Positions 26,338-38,959 of a stretch of 64,000 nucleotides of DNA are shown in pieces. Position 1 is the first letter of the stretch; every line of letters begins with the position of its first letter. Source of the DNA: Eledone cirrhosa. Its lineage: Eukaryota. A program made the position numbers and the translations under genes. Location of the stretch: the NCBI GenBank assembly GCA_964016885.1, contig OZ024745.1:123690001-123754000 (forward strand). Direction: 5' to 3'. Below the pieces are notes generated by a model. It saw only the letters and a list, made by a program, of their open reading frames with translations, made no database searches and was not told the DNA's origin.

Positions 26338-27030
26338 CATCAGCAGTGGTGGAGGGTGTTCTGAAAGTACAGTAGCCAAAGTCAGAACGGGATGGAAAAA
26401 GTTCAGAGAGCTTATACCACTATTGGCCACTAAAGGTTTCTCTCTAAAAATGAAAGGCAGACTGTATGATGCCTACATACAAACAGCAATGTTACATGGC
26501 AGTGAGACTTGTCCATGTCTCACTGCCATGTAACATTGAGGATCTGCGCAGACTGGAGACGAACAAAGCATGCATGCTCTGTTGGATGTGTAATAGTAAT
26601 ATACGTGAACGGCAAAGCATAAATGAACTAAGTGAGAAATTAGGAATAAGAGGGATCAGATGCTGTTTACTTGAGAGAAGACTACGTTGGTATGGTCATG
26701 TGATGCGCATGAAAGATGACAGTTGTATAAAAAAGTGCAGGGCAATCAAAATTGTTGGAAGTTACGGAGTAGGTAGACCGAGAAAAACCTTGCCTATATA
26801 CAAAGCGAAACCTACAGTCAGTAGGCACCACTTAACCAAATATACACTCCCATCCCACTACCCCTACTCCACCCCCATCAACACCACCCATTTCTCTGTA
26901 AAGTTATGTTGGTACCACAACATCCAGTGCTAAATAAATGAGGTTGTGTAGGTGTCACAACAAAAAAACATACAGTCCAGGCTGTAATGCGGCCATGTAG
27001 GTAAGATAGACGTTAAACGATGATGATGAT
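26338..27030 (+). mobile_element. RTE family A fragment, rearranged
   Basis: Homologous to 21203-22255 with deletions and a small local inversion (catggcagtgagac/gtctcactgccatg) at about 26495-26530. Confidence 0.9.
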
Positions 27031-27214
27031 ATATACATATATATATGAAAAAAGGAAGTAAGGCTCTATACAAAACAGTGGTTATAGAGAAAAGGTGAAG
27101 AGTTCATTTTTCAGTCTCCTTCTCAACAAGGTAGATGAAAAAAACTTACCTCTTAATTTTAAATCTTTAATTTTTAGTTTTTAATTCTTATTAATTCTTT
27201 ATAATTGTAATACT

Positions 27215-27270
27215 CAACATTTGATAAGATGAATTTTACTAATACGTCGAAACCGGTTATACTTTAAATG
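27215..27270 (+). ncRNA. Hammerhead-like motif (U3-A8 variant) in a short element at 27047-27403
   Basis: TTGATAA (27221-27227), stem II gatg/cgtc, GAAAC-CG-GTT; stem I weak; element bounded by microsatellites. Confidence 0.45.
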
Positions 27271-27404
27271 CTTTATATACATTATAAAACTCTTTTTTAA
27301 AAGAATTGTCCCTCTCATATTTTCAATAATGTCACTTTGACGAATCAAAGAAAGGTAAATAAAAGTGAAACACCCCAAAATATATTTTCCATACTATTTC
27401 CAAC

Positions 27405-27465
<61 letters not shown>

Positions 27466-27471
<6 letters not shown>

Positions 27472-27922
27472 GAAAGTGAACAACACATAATATAACTACT
27501 CCATTACCAAAGGTTTCTGGATCGCAGACAATATTAATATATGTCTGGATCGGTCATCAGACAGAGATGATATGGATATAAAATATGAAATGAGATTTAA
27601 AATCTGTCAAAAATTGGAAGTGAGGCTGGAAAAATAGCAGGAAATATACACAAGAAAAAATATATAAAAAAATGGGTATAAAAAAACGGGTAAGAAAAAT
27701 ATTATTTTTATATATTTTTTCTTATGTATATTTCCCGTTATTTTTCCAGCCTCACTTTCAATTGTCTGATGACCGATCCAGACGTATATTAATATTGTCT
27801 GCGATCCAGAAACCTTTGGTAATGGAGTTGTTATACTTTGTGTTGTTCACTTTCTAATTAAATAGCTCTGTTCTATACATAGAGCACCCTTTTTTCCTTT
27901 CCTTTTTCTTCGGAATTACTTA
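27466..27922. mobile_element. Fold-back Penelope-type element with a hammerhead motif on both arms
   Basis: 27466-27563 and 27612-27670 are the reverse complement of about 27704-27860; microsatellite flanks. Confidence 0.75.
27755..27828 (+). ncRNA. Type I hammerhead ribozyme motif (mirror copy on - strand at about 27497-27563)
   Basis: CTGATGA (27766-27772), long stem II gatc-cagac/gtctg-gatc, GAAAC (27809), stem III ACC/GGT, GTA site (27819-27821). Confidence 0.65.
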
Positions 27923-27998
27923 ACACACACATATACATATATATATATGTATCTATATATGTTTAAATATATATAAATGTACATTTATATATATATAT

Positions 27999-28946
27999 GA
28001 GAGCTTATACCACTATTGGCCGCCAAAGGGTTCTCTCTAAAAATGAAAGGCAGGCTGTATGATGCCTGCATACGAACAGCAATGTTACATGGCAGTGAGA
28101 CCTGGGCATTGTGTGCAGAGGATATACGCAGACTGGAGAGGAACGAAGCTTGCATGCTCCGCTGGATGTGTAATAGTAATATACGTGAACGGCAAAGCAT
28201 AAACGAACTAAGGGAGAAATTAGGAATAAGAGGGATCAGATGTTGTTTACTCGAGAGAAGACTACGTTGGTATGGTCACGTGATGCGCATGAAAGACGAC
28301 AGCTGTATGAAAAAGTGCAGGGCGATAAAAATAGACGGTAGCCACGGAGTAGGCAGACCCAGAAAAACCTGGGACGACTTGATAAATTCCGACCTCACAC
28401 ACTTACACCTCTCCAAGACAATGTCATTGGACTGAGATCTTTGGCGCTACACAGTTATACAGAAGACCCGCCTTGCCTAAGTACAAAGCAAAACCTACAG
28501 TCAAAATACACCCCCATCCCACTACCCCCACCCCATCCACACCACCCCCTTAAATGTGAAGTTATGTTGGTCCCACAACATCCAGTCCAAAACAAATGAG
28601 GTTGTGTGGGTGTCACGGTAAAAACCTCCCAGTCTACACTGTAAACATGGTTGGTGTTGGGAAGGGCACCCAGCCGTAGAAAACCCGCCAGACGTGTAGG
28701 TGTCACGACAAAAAAACACATAGTCCACGCTGTAATGTGGCCATGTAGGTAACACGGTAAAAACCTCCCAGTCAACACTGTAAATGTGGTTGGTGTTAGG
28801 AAGGGCATCCAGCTGTAGAAAACCCGCCAGACAGTCCTATACGAGCAGGACAACCAATTTTGCCTCGTGTGGGAAAACTCCCGTCCAAACCCATGCAAGC
28901 GTGGAAGATGGACGTTAAACGATGATGATAATAATGATGATGATGA

Positions 28947-28950
<4 letters not shown>
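27999..28950 (+). mobile_element. RTE family A 3' fragment
   Basis: Highly similar to 21269-22255; (TA)n on both sides; (GAT)n tail. Confidence 0.95.
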
Positions 28951-29000
<50 letters not shown>

Positions 29001-30151
29001 TATATATGTGTGTGTGTATGTATGTATAAATCTGAATATCTGTGTGTATGTATTTATATTCACTATCTACTTGTTATTTCACTGAGCAGCTAATACATAA
29101 TTTAGAATTTAAAATATCAGTTCTAATCCAGTCTGGTACTATGTATACATATAGGATTAAGATGTCTGATGCAGATCAAAGATAACAGCAATTGAAACAA
29201 CACTATAAAGTTTGAAATAGTGGAAAATGTTTCATTTCCAAAGTTGAGATTAATAATCTGAAAAATTATAATCTTATTAACAACTTATCTTAAACATTGA
29301 GACATTTAATCAAATTTATTTTAATTTAATTATGTACTTAACTGGCTAAAAGGAATGAATTTCTACTATAAATTTAACATTAGTTTGTTTCCTCCATTCT
29401 TTCTGGTAACATTTTGCTTTTAGGCTCTAACAACTTCATTTAACTTTTGAATGTATTGTTTAGTCTCCAAGGATTTGATGCAAATTCCAATATTTTGGGA
29501 TTTACTGATGTGTGTTGTTGTTTTTTTTTTATATTTACTTAGATATGGAAAGGCTTTTTTCATGATCAACAGCCTCTCAGACTGTTCTGAGGAAAAAAGG
29601 TACCTTCAAACTGGAGGTGATCTAGGTCAGATCTTTGTAACAAGTTGAACTCTGCTAAACACATGCAAGGTCCAGCTGGTGGTGTTCTTTTAAGTTTACC
29701 TTCCATGGGGGCTGCAGTAAATTTGAGCATAGAACGCAAAGAGTTGAATTAAATGCCACAAAGCATCTTGCCTAATGCTCTAACAGTTCCACTAATCCAC
29801 TGCCTGGAGTGGTCATTTCTTTCATTGATTGAGAAAGGATGAATGGCAAAGTTGATTCTAATGAGATCTGAATTAACAACGGAGAAAGCTGGAATAATTA
29901 TGCCAAAGTAGGTTGTCCAATGCTTTAGCATCTTTAACCCTTTAGCATTAAACTGGCTGTTTCCAGACAATTCTCTCACCTCTAAAAATTATTCCAGTTG
30001 TGCCCATTCTGTCATTTGTAAAGGCATAGCAGATCAAGGCCTGAATTGTCCAATGAAGTGATTCTTGGGGCAGATCTTATTGTCATGTCAACTCAAATGT
30101 CTGAATACCTATCTATCTCCCATGTAATTGTGATTGTTTAGCTCCAATTAA

Positions 30152-31353
30152 CCCTTTAGTGTTCAAACCACCTGAAATTATTTCCTCTTCATTTGTTCAA
30201 ACTGCCTGAAATCGCCCGAAAACATCCACACTAAAAAATCGTTCTAAAAATAAACAAACCATCATTAAAATCTCGTCAATTCGAGACTGCTGCGAGATTA
30301 GGCCTTTACCGCGAAAATTAACACTTAATATAGTGAAACAAGTTAAAACAACAAGTGTTTTTTTGACTTATAAAAACTTTTTTTTTGTATCAACATGGCT
30401 TATGAAAGTAGCGATACCGACTTTGAAGGTTTTACACACGACGACATTCAGATTAAACAAGAAACAAACAATAATATTAGTGATTTATCTTCAAATGAAT
30501 CTGATGTTTACATTTCTGAAATTTTGTCCGACGTTGATTGTTGTTTTGAAAGTGAAAACGAAGGAGGTCTCCAGACGCTATTGAAAATATTACAGCAACG
30601 TGGTTGAAAAATACCACACCAATATATGTTCCCGATTTTATTCAAAATACTGGTCCACAACACACATTAGCTCCCGATGCTAAAGCACTGGATTATTTCT
30701 TTTTGTTTTTACCACAAACTTTCTTCGAAGTTATGGCAGAAGAGATTTCAACAGATTTCAAATCGAGGAAAACCCGATCTGTTTGGCGACCGACAGATGC
30801 TGCGGAAATGTAAGCATTTTTTATCGTAAATATTATATTTGGTATAAAACAATTTCCAAGACTGTCGAATTACTGGAACACTGACATAAGGTTTAGTGAT
30901 TCTTACATATCGAGTATTATGCTGAAAGCAATGTATCTAAAATTAAACCAGTATTTGCACCTGGTTGATACTTCAAATGCCCCTATTAATTAATTTCACC
31001 TGCCCATAAAAGTCAAATTTGACCAAAAAAATCAGGTAAAATTATATAATTGTAAATTATTGATATTTAAACATCTACTGACAACATTTCATGCCTGCAC
31101 ATAGAAAATTAAAAAAATTACAAACAAATAAAATTGACAACCCTCTTGAAAATAATTGTTTCTACTTTAGGCACAAGGCCAGCTATTACCCAGTACATTA
31201 CTGGTACTTTATTTTATTGACCCCGTAAGGATGAAAGGCAAAGTTAACCTTGGCGGGATTTGAACTCCTTAAAGAGACGTAACTATGTTAGAAAGCATGG
31301 CGTCTAACCCTCTACCATAATGCGAACAGATAAGCATGATGTTTGCTAAAGGG
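30152..31353 (+). mobile_element. Internally deleted piggyBac element carrying a SINE B insertion (about 31151-31325, -)
   Basis: TTAA-ccctttag...ctaaaggg-TTAA ends enclosing a transposase remnant. Confidence 0.8.
30395..30990 (+). pseudogene. piggyBac transposase N-terminal remnant (DDE_Tnp_1_7/PGBD-like)
   Basis: Acidic MAYESSDTDFEGF start; ALDYFFLFLPQTFFEVMAEE; WRPTDAAEM*AFFIVNIIFGIKQFPRLSNYWNTD...LKLNQYLHLVD; frameshifts and a stop. Confidence 0.85.
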
Positions 31354-31444
31354 TTAACCAAGATGGTGTAAATCTATGATCAAAAGTCTGTTGACATTGT
31401 ACATCTGTCTTCTTTTCATGCATAGTATATCTAGGACCACATTA

Positions 31445-31820
31445 TCCAATTCGCTCCTCCCCCCTCCTCCTCCTTCTCCTCCTCCTCCTCATCATCATCC
31501 CCCCTCCTCCTCCTCCTCCTTCTTCTTCTTCTTCTTCTTCTTCTTCTTCTTCTTCTTCTTCTTCTTCTTCTTCCTGAGAGGGTCTTGAGGGCAAAGTCCT
31601 CAAATACTCTTTCCAGCAGATCCTGTCAGAAGCAATCATCTCTAGTGGGATCCCCAAGAGAGACCAGCCAAGCTCATGAATGTTATCCAACCATCTCACT
31701 CGAGGGTCCACTCCTGGGTCCCTTGCTGGTTGGTTTTGTCAATAAAAATCTGTCCAGCGAGTCTTTCCTGAGACATTCTAACCACATGCCCATAGTATCA
31801 AAACTGTGATCTCCCATTTC
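31445..31820 (-). mobile_element. RTE family B 3' end with expanded (GAA)n/(GGA)n tail
   Basis: Reverse complement similarity to 32950-33240. Confidence 0.8.
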
Positions 31821-32042
31821 TAAGACAGCAGTGTGTGGTTTGAGGGAGATTTGTATGTTATTTCCTCTATGTCAGTTGGCCAATAATTTAACTGCTTCTT
31901 ATGTTTTGCTTGCTGTTCTTCACTACTCATCGTTAGCTATCTACCTGTCACTGCCAACAACCCTTTCTTTATTGTTTTAGCTACTTGTGACACCTATATA
32001 ACAATTACTACTAATTTAAAGAAAATATATATACTGTGTTAT

Positions 32043-32496
32043 CAAAGGTATATATTGAGTTAGAAACTCAAAATAGTCTCTTACAATAAATTAGCTCTAG
32101 GAAAGAGATTTTTTCGAGCCGTATAAGAAAAAAAAGAAAGAAAAAAAACGAACACAGACATATACATATATGTGTTCAAATCGTAAGGGACCATATTCGC
32201 TAAGGTGAAGAGAATACTAACTATAGACAATAGGGTTTGCCAGACTCAATTTAAGAATAAATCAAGAAAATAAATACAAACCAGAATTGTGGTAACTACC
32301 AATCACCCGGACAGTTTTGATAATACTGTTTTGCAATATTAATTGTGAAGAGGAATACCAAATCCTTGCTCATCAGCGGGTGAATAATTATTAGTATCCT
32401 GATCACTTCTAAGTTCATTACGATTACTTCTAAGTATATTACAATTTGAACACGTATATGTATATGTCTGTGTTCGTTTTTTCTTTTTTGTTCAGT
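32043..32496 (-). mobile_element. Short Penelope-type insertion with partial fold-back and 17-bp target site duplication
   Basis: tatatatact(g/a)tgttat at 32026-32042 and 32497-32513; about 32135-32186 inverted at about 32439-32489; contains a hammerhead motif. Confidence 0.7.
32303..32383 (-). ncRNA. Type I hammerhead ribozyme motif with a G12A core mutation
   Basis: Stem I tcacccg/cgggtga, CTGATGA, stem II gcaa/ttgc, AAAAC in place of GAAAC, stem III acagt/actgt, GTC site. Confidence 0.8.
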
Positions 32497-32529
32497 TATA
32501 TATACTATGTTATAGAGTTAATGACTGCT

Positions 32530-33242
32530 GCGAAAACTGAAATATTTGTCTTCCCGAGGAAGTCTGCGCAGTGCTCTCTACATGTAAATGGAGTTCCACT
32601 GAATCAGGTGGAGAGGTTCCGTATCTTAGGGCTGTGTTCACGAGTAATAAAAAGCAGGAGTTTGAAATAAGTGCAAGTATTGCAGGAGCTAGTGCAGTAA
32701 AGTGCCAGCTTCAGCATTTGATAATCAGAAGAAGGGAGGTAGGTGTAAAAGTCAAACTCGCTATCTTCAATTTAGTATTTGTGCCAACCCTTACTTATGG
32801 TCATTAATCTTGGGTAATGACAGAAAGAATACAATCACGAATACAAGCGGCCAAAATGAGGTTCCTCCAAAAGGTCTTTGTAGTAACATTACTTAATAAA
32901 AGGCTTAGATCAGAGATCAGAGAGTCACTCCAGGTAGAGCCGCTACTTCTCCGAATTGAGAGATCACATCACCGATACTACGGCCATGTGGTTAGAATGT
33001 CTCAGGAAGGAATCGTTGGACAGATTTTATGGGCAAAACCAACCGGCAAGAGACCCAGGGGTAGACCTTGAGGAAGATGGTTGGGTAACATCTATGAACT
33101 TGGCTGGTCTCGCTTGGAGATCCAGCCGGATCAGTTGGAGACAGTTGCTTCTGACAGGACTGGCTGGAAGGAGTGTCTGAGGATTCCTGCCCCCCCCCCC
33201 CCCACCCTCTCAAGAATAAGTGTGTGAAGAAGGAGGAGGAGT
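32530..33242 (+). mobile_element. RTE LINE family B fragment
   Basis: KVKLAIFNLVFVPTLTYGH*SWVMTERIQSRIQAAKMRFL...YYGHVVRM...KRPRGRP; frameshifts. Confidence 0.88.
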
Positions 33243-35760
33243 GTTATATAGACACATATTCAGCAAAGTATTAATGTATCTCTTCAATGGTGCTAGTACT
33301 CAAACTTATAAACTATGCAGAAAATCTAAACATTTTATAATTTTATAAAGAGTAAAGCGTAGATGTCTGAAAACAATAATGAGTACTTAGTTACTAAGTA
33401 GTTTTGTACAAAGCAGTTCTGGTTATGTTAAATATTTCACGCAGCAGACCGTGGCCGCAACCTTCGCTGTGGATTGAGCATTCTAGATCTACTTTGTCTA
33501 TGTCTTAACATGAACTGAGGGTTGACTTGAATGGCAAAGCCAAACTGATTATGAATTTGTCAAGTCCTTTGAAGAATTAGCAATGACAAAAGACATAAAA
33601 GATAGCAGTTACCATGAACTATGTCAGTATTGAACATACTGTATAATGTGCAGTTTATTCATTTGTTGATATACAAAGATGGTAGGTAGTATTGTCCCTT
33701 GAAAGTTTTACTATTACAGTTCAAAGATCTTCCTTTCTTTTCTTTTTATTTAATCTTCTCTGTAGCCATTATATCTCTGTTCAGAGGTTTCTGCTCTTAT
33801 CCATGCATCATTTCCAAATTATATATGTATTTATTCATTATCTGAAAATACAGAACATAAGAAACATGTTTGAATTTACATTTTTGTTTGTATTATCATT
33901 CCAAAATTTATCTTTATATATTTGGACTGCTTCTGTCATTAAAATTAGGTGGTATTTAGCTTATGTCATTTCCATATGTTTGGCTCGCTGTTATTTCCAT
34001 ATGTTTGGCTCGCTGTTATTTTGTTACATATTTCTTTCAAACTATTATTCTATTCTTACTTTATTTTCTTTATTATTTTACTGTTAAGTATGACAACTTA
34101 TATTCTGCACACTCTCAACTTTATTTTAATGTAGCTACACTAGAGTAAACATACAGTTATATCCCAGCATTAACATAAGACATCTATGCTACAACTGTAA
34201 TGATTACGACAGGACAAACTGGAGCAGTGGATAGGCTGTATCTGTAGTGTCAGACAATATGCTTTGCAGCATAGAGTTACCGTCCTTTACACTCTGCCAA
34301 AGTTAGCTTTGTCTTTCATTCTTACGGGGGTCAATAAAATAAAGTACCGGTAATGTACTGAGGTCAATTTAATCGCCCCCCCCCCCCCCCCCAAAAAAAA
34401 ATTGTTGGTCTTGTGACTGAAACAAAAACCATTATTAGAGGCTAAACTATCCTCTACAACTAGCATAGAATGATCATATAACCATCTTTCTACAACTATT
34501 ACCTACCAACAAAATATCTAGACCAAAACCAAATGTGAGAGGCTTTATATCTGTTATTTGATCAGCTACAAATAGTGTTGGATAATGGAAGTCTTGAACA
34601 TATCATTGAGAAAAAGTTCAGGCCTAGAACATTTTTGAACATAAACCAGTCACTACTGATCTTGGGCTAAGTAACAGCAATACCTAAACCATGTGTTTCC
34701 ACAGCGGTGGATATCAAATCATAAGGACCAATGGAACTACCCACATGGTTTCTTGAATTTAGGGGCCAAAACCCGACATTTGAAAATCCATAAAATAATA
34801 CAAAATACATTTTGGTTACACAGGTTTCTGATTCATAATTAGTCTTTATTGTCAGTTTTATTGTCAATTTTATATGTCATTTATTGATTTATTAATTTAT
34901 TTATGTTTGTACAGGCTAGGGGTCAGTGATGTGGTCAAGAATTCCACGTAAGGGCCATGGTCAAAAGGTTTGGTAGGATTCCTGACCTAAACTAACAATC
35001 TACCTGTCTTCTGTCAAGAATCCATCTTTTCTACAGACCATATAAGTATTATTGCATCTGTATTATATATGAGGCTACACTGCAGCATGGTCTTCCATCC
35101 ATTCTTTAACGAGCAGCACAAGTTAGCTGAGTTTAGCTCAATAAAGTAGACTTTTCCTTTATAAAACTAAGCATTATTCTTATAACTTCTAAACATATTC
35201 AAATCTAAAGTTGAATGTATTTCTAGCAATTCTTCATCCAATAAGACATACATATCTAAAGAAATTTTGTGGAGAAAATTTTCATCTTTCATGAAACTAG
35301 TGTAGTCAACAATAATAACTACATCTAACCACTACTGCTACTGCAAATAATTAATTCAATTTACCTTCTTTGGCATATTTAATTAGTCCCAGTGACCAGA
35401 TATATATCGCTTAGTATGGCATTTGAAAGACCTACTGCTATCCATAGCAAGAGACACGCAAGTGAAATAAAAGTAGTTTATTTTATCAGCAAGAATACTT
35501 ACAACAGCCTTCCCTTGCTATCTCCAGCAATTGCCTGGGCAGGTCATTCAATTTAACCAGAAGTGTATTCATACATAATTATTGATAAATTTTATGTTTT
35601 TGTTTCATTCATGTAACTCATTTCTTCTAAGCCTTATAGTTATCTGTCAGCAGATAATGATGTTACTTTATCAAGTTTTCTTACATAGGGGGGTCTTATA
35701 AAATAAATATCCAGGAAATATATCTACATGCATATGTGTTTTATATATACATATATATAA

Positions 35761-35791
<31 letters not shown>

Positions 35792-36919
35792 CACATCTAT
35801 ATATTTATATACATCCATATATATTATATATATATATATTTACGTGCCCCTATGTATGGTTGTGTTTTTAAATAGACATATAGCCTGTGAATCTTGTCAT
35901 TTATATATATATGTGTGTGTGTGTGTGTGTAATGAAGAGTATAAAATTTGTTTTGCTGACTGATGGAATTACATAGACTTTGGACAGTTGCAAAGATACC
36001 TCTTCACCTACATGCTGCCTCTCTAAAGAATAATTACTGATGCCATAATAATTGAATATGAATATAAAACATGCCCACACCACACTTGTGTCATTGTGTC
36101 CAGCATGCGCACGTACACATGTATGTATTCACTAAAATCTATACACACACTCACATACGCACACACTCGTGCCAAGATCTAGTTCCAATATATAAACTGT
36201 TAGCTAAGAGATGTAATCATGTACACATGTTTTTGTAAAATCTGACACTCTGGTCTAACAGAAATATTTATGTAAATATTTGTGTATATTATCATTGTTT
36301 AATAGCCATTTTCTCTTGTTTTCATGGTTTTCTCTAGCTTTTTGAAGTTGTGTCAACAATTTTTTTCGTTGCCTTTTATAACTAAAATAGGATACATACA
36401 GTATTATACATATTTATCAATATCTTTATGTCTGCTTTTTCCAGGCTTGGATCCTGGCATGGATTTGATGAGCCATTCTGGGTGGTATTGTATGGCTGGA
36501 TTCTCAGCCTGATGCTAACCATTACTTTTATTCCAGTTAAGGTGTTTTATTCCACTGGTCTTTGTATGTAAACTGAATGGGTTGCAGGAAATAATGTATA
36601 TGATTGACATTAATAGCTGTCAAATGTTCTAATATAAAGACACACGCACAATGTGCTCACATATAGGATGGTCTTCCTTACTGTGTCGGTATTCTAAACT
36701 TTTTCACAAGCCATGGGTCAGCCTGTAGATAACACGCATCAGAGGTGTCATGCAGTAGGATCAAACCCAAACCATGTGACATTTGCAACTAAACACACAC
36801 ACACCTATCCATTCAAACATATATGTACCTGTATAAATATGTGTTTATGAATTCGAGTTAACTCATCCTAACGTGTATTCGTTCCAGTGCCATGGGCGAG
36901 ATAATTCATCCTAAGATGT

Positions 36920-38750
36920 TTGAACTCGTTTCCAACAGTCTATAACTTCACAGTTATCAACTTGTTTCCAACAGTCCATAACTTCAAAGTTATCAACTTG
37001 TTTCCAACAGTTCATAACTTCAAAGTTATCAACTTGTTTCCAACAGTCCATAACTTCAAAGTTATCAACTTGTTTCCAACAGTCCATAACTTCAAAGTTA
37101 TCAACTTGTTTCCAACAGTCCATAACTTCAAAGTTATCAACTTGTTTCCAACAGTCCATAACTTCAAAGTTATCAACTTATTTCCAACAGTCCATAACTT
37201 CAAAGTTATCAACTTATTTCCAACAGTCCATAACTTCAAAGTTATCAACTTATTTCCAACAGTCCATAACTTCAAAGTTATCAACTTGTTTCCAACAGTC
37301 CATAACTTCAAAGTTATCAACTTATTTCCAACAGTCCATAACTTCAAAGTTATCAACTTATTTCCATCAGTCCATAACTTCAAAGTTATCAACTTATTTC
37401 CAACAGTCCATAACTTCAAAGTTATCAACATGTTTCCAACAGTTCATAACTTCACAGTTATCCACTTGTTTCCAACAGTCCATAACTTCAAAGTTATCAA
37501 CTTGTTTCCAACAGTCCATAACTTCAAAGTTATCAACTTGTTTCCAACAGTCCATAACTTCAAAGTTATCAACTTGTTTCCAACAGTCCATAACTTCAAA
37601 GTTATAAACTTGTTTCCAACAGTCCATAACTTCAAAGTTATCAACTTGTTTCTAACAGTCCATAACTTCAAAGTTATCAACTTGTTTCCAACAGTCCATA
37701 ACTTCAAAGTTATCAACTTGTTTCCAACAGTCCATAACTTCAACGTTATCAACTTGTTTCCAACAGTCCATAACTTCAACGTTATCAACTTGTTTCCAAC
37801 AGTCCATAACTTCAAAGTTATCAACTTGTTTCCAACAGTCCATAACTTCAACGTTATCAACTTGTTTCCAACAGTCCATAACTTCACAGTTATCAACTTG
37901 TTTCCAACAGTTCATAACTTCAACGTTATCAACTTGTTTCCAACAGTCCATAACTTCAAAGTTATCAACTTGTTTCCAACAGTCCATAACTTCAACGTTA
38001 TCAACTTGTTTCCAACAGTTCATAACTTCAACGTTATCAACTTGTTTCCAACAGTTCATAAATTCAAAGTTATCAACTTGTTTCCAACAGTCCATAACTT
38101 CAAAGTTATCAACTTGTTTCCAACAGTCCATAACTTCAAAGTTATCAACTTGTTTCCAACAGTTCATAACTTCAACGTTATCAACTTGTTTCCAACAGTC
38201 CATAACTTCACAGTTATCAACATGTTTCCAACAGTTTATAACTTCAACGTTATCAACTTGTTTCCAACAGTCCATAACTTCAAAGTTATCAGCTTGTTTC
38301 CAACAGTCCATAACTTCAAAGTTATCAACTTGTTTCCAACAGTCCATAACTTCACAGTTATCAACTTGTTTCCAACAGTCCATAACTTCAAAGTTATCAA
38401 CTTGTTTCCAACAGTCCATAACTTCACAGTTATCAACTTGTTTCCAACAGTCCATAACTTCAACGTTATCAACTTGTTTCCAACAGTCCATAACTTCAAA
38501 GTTATCAACTTGTTTCCAACAGTCCATAACTTCAAAGTTATCAACTTGTTTCCAACAGTCCATAACTTCAAAGTTATCAACATGTTTTCCACAGTTCATA
38601 ACTTCAAAGTTATCAACTTGTTTCCAACAGTCCATAACTTCAAAGTTATCAACTTGTTTCCAACAGTCCATAACTTCACAGTTATCAACTTGTTTCCAAC
38701 AGTCCATAACTTCACAGTTATCAACTTGTTTCCAACAGTCCATAACATCA
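36920..38750. repeat. 36-bp tandem minisatellite, about 51 copies
   Basis: Consensus aacttgtttccaacagtccataacttcaaagttatc, head-to-tail with no spacers. Confidence 0.97.
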
Positions 38751-38959
38751 AAGCTAGATGGGGTTACTAGTTTATTGATGTGCCATTTGTCAATTAAAAT
38801 TGTCATTTTACTGTCACTGTGTAAAATATATGCTGCAGTCAACAGGTTAAACAAGCTCATGTCTCCTATCTCATTCATTGGATACTTATGAAGCAGATAT
38901 ATGAAATAAAACAAACTTCTTAGTTGACTTCTTCATTTACTCCTTCTTTTCCTCCCCCT

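Noticed and set aside
36920-38770. 36-bp repeats as a CRISPR array, loxP array or 616-aa protein
   Set aside because: No unique spacers, no cas genes and a eukaryotic context. The loxP resemblance lacks the 13-bp arms and 8-bp spacer. The ORF arises because the unit is a stop-free multiple of three.
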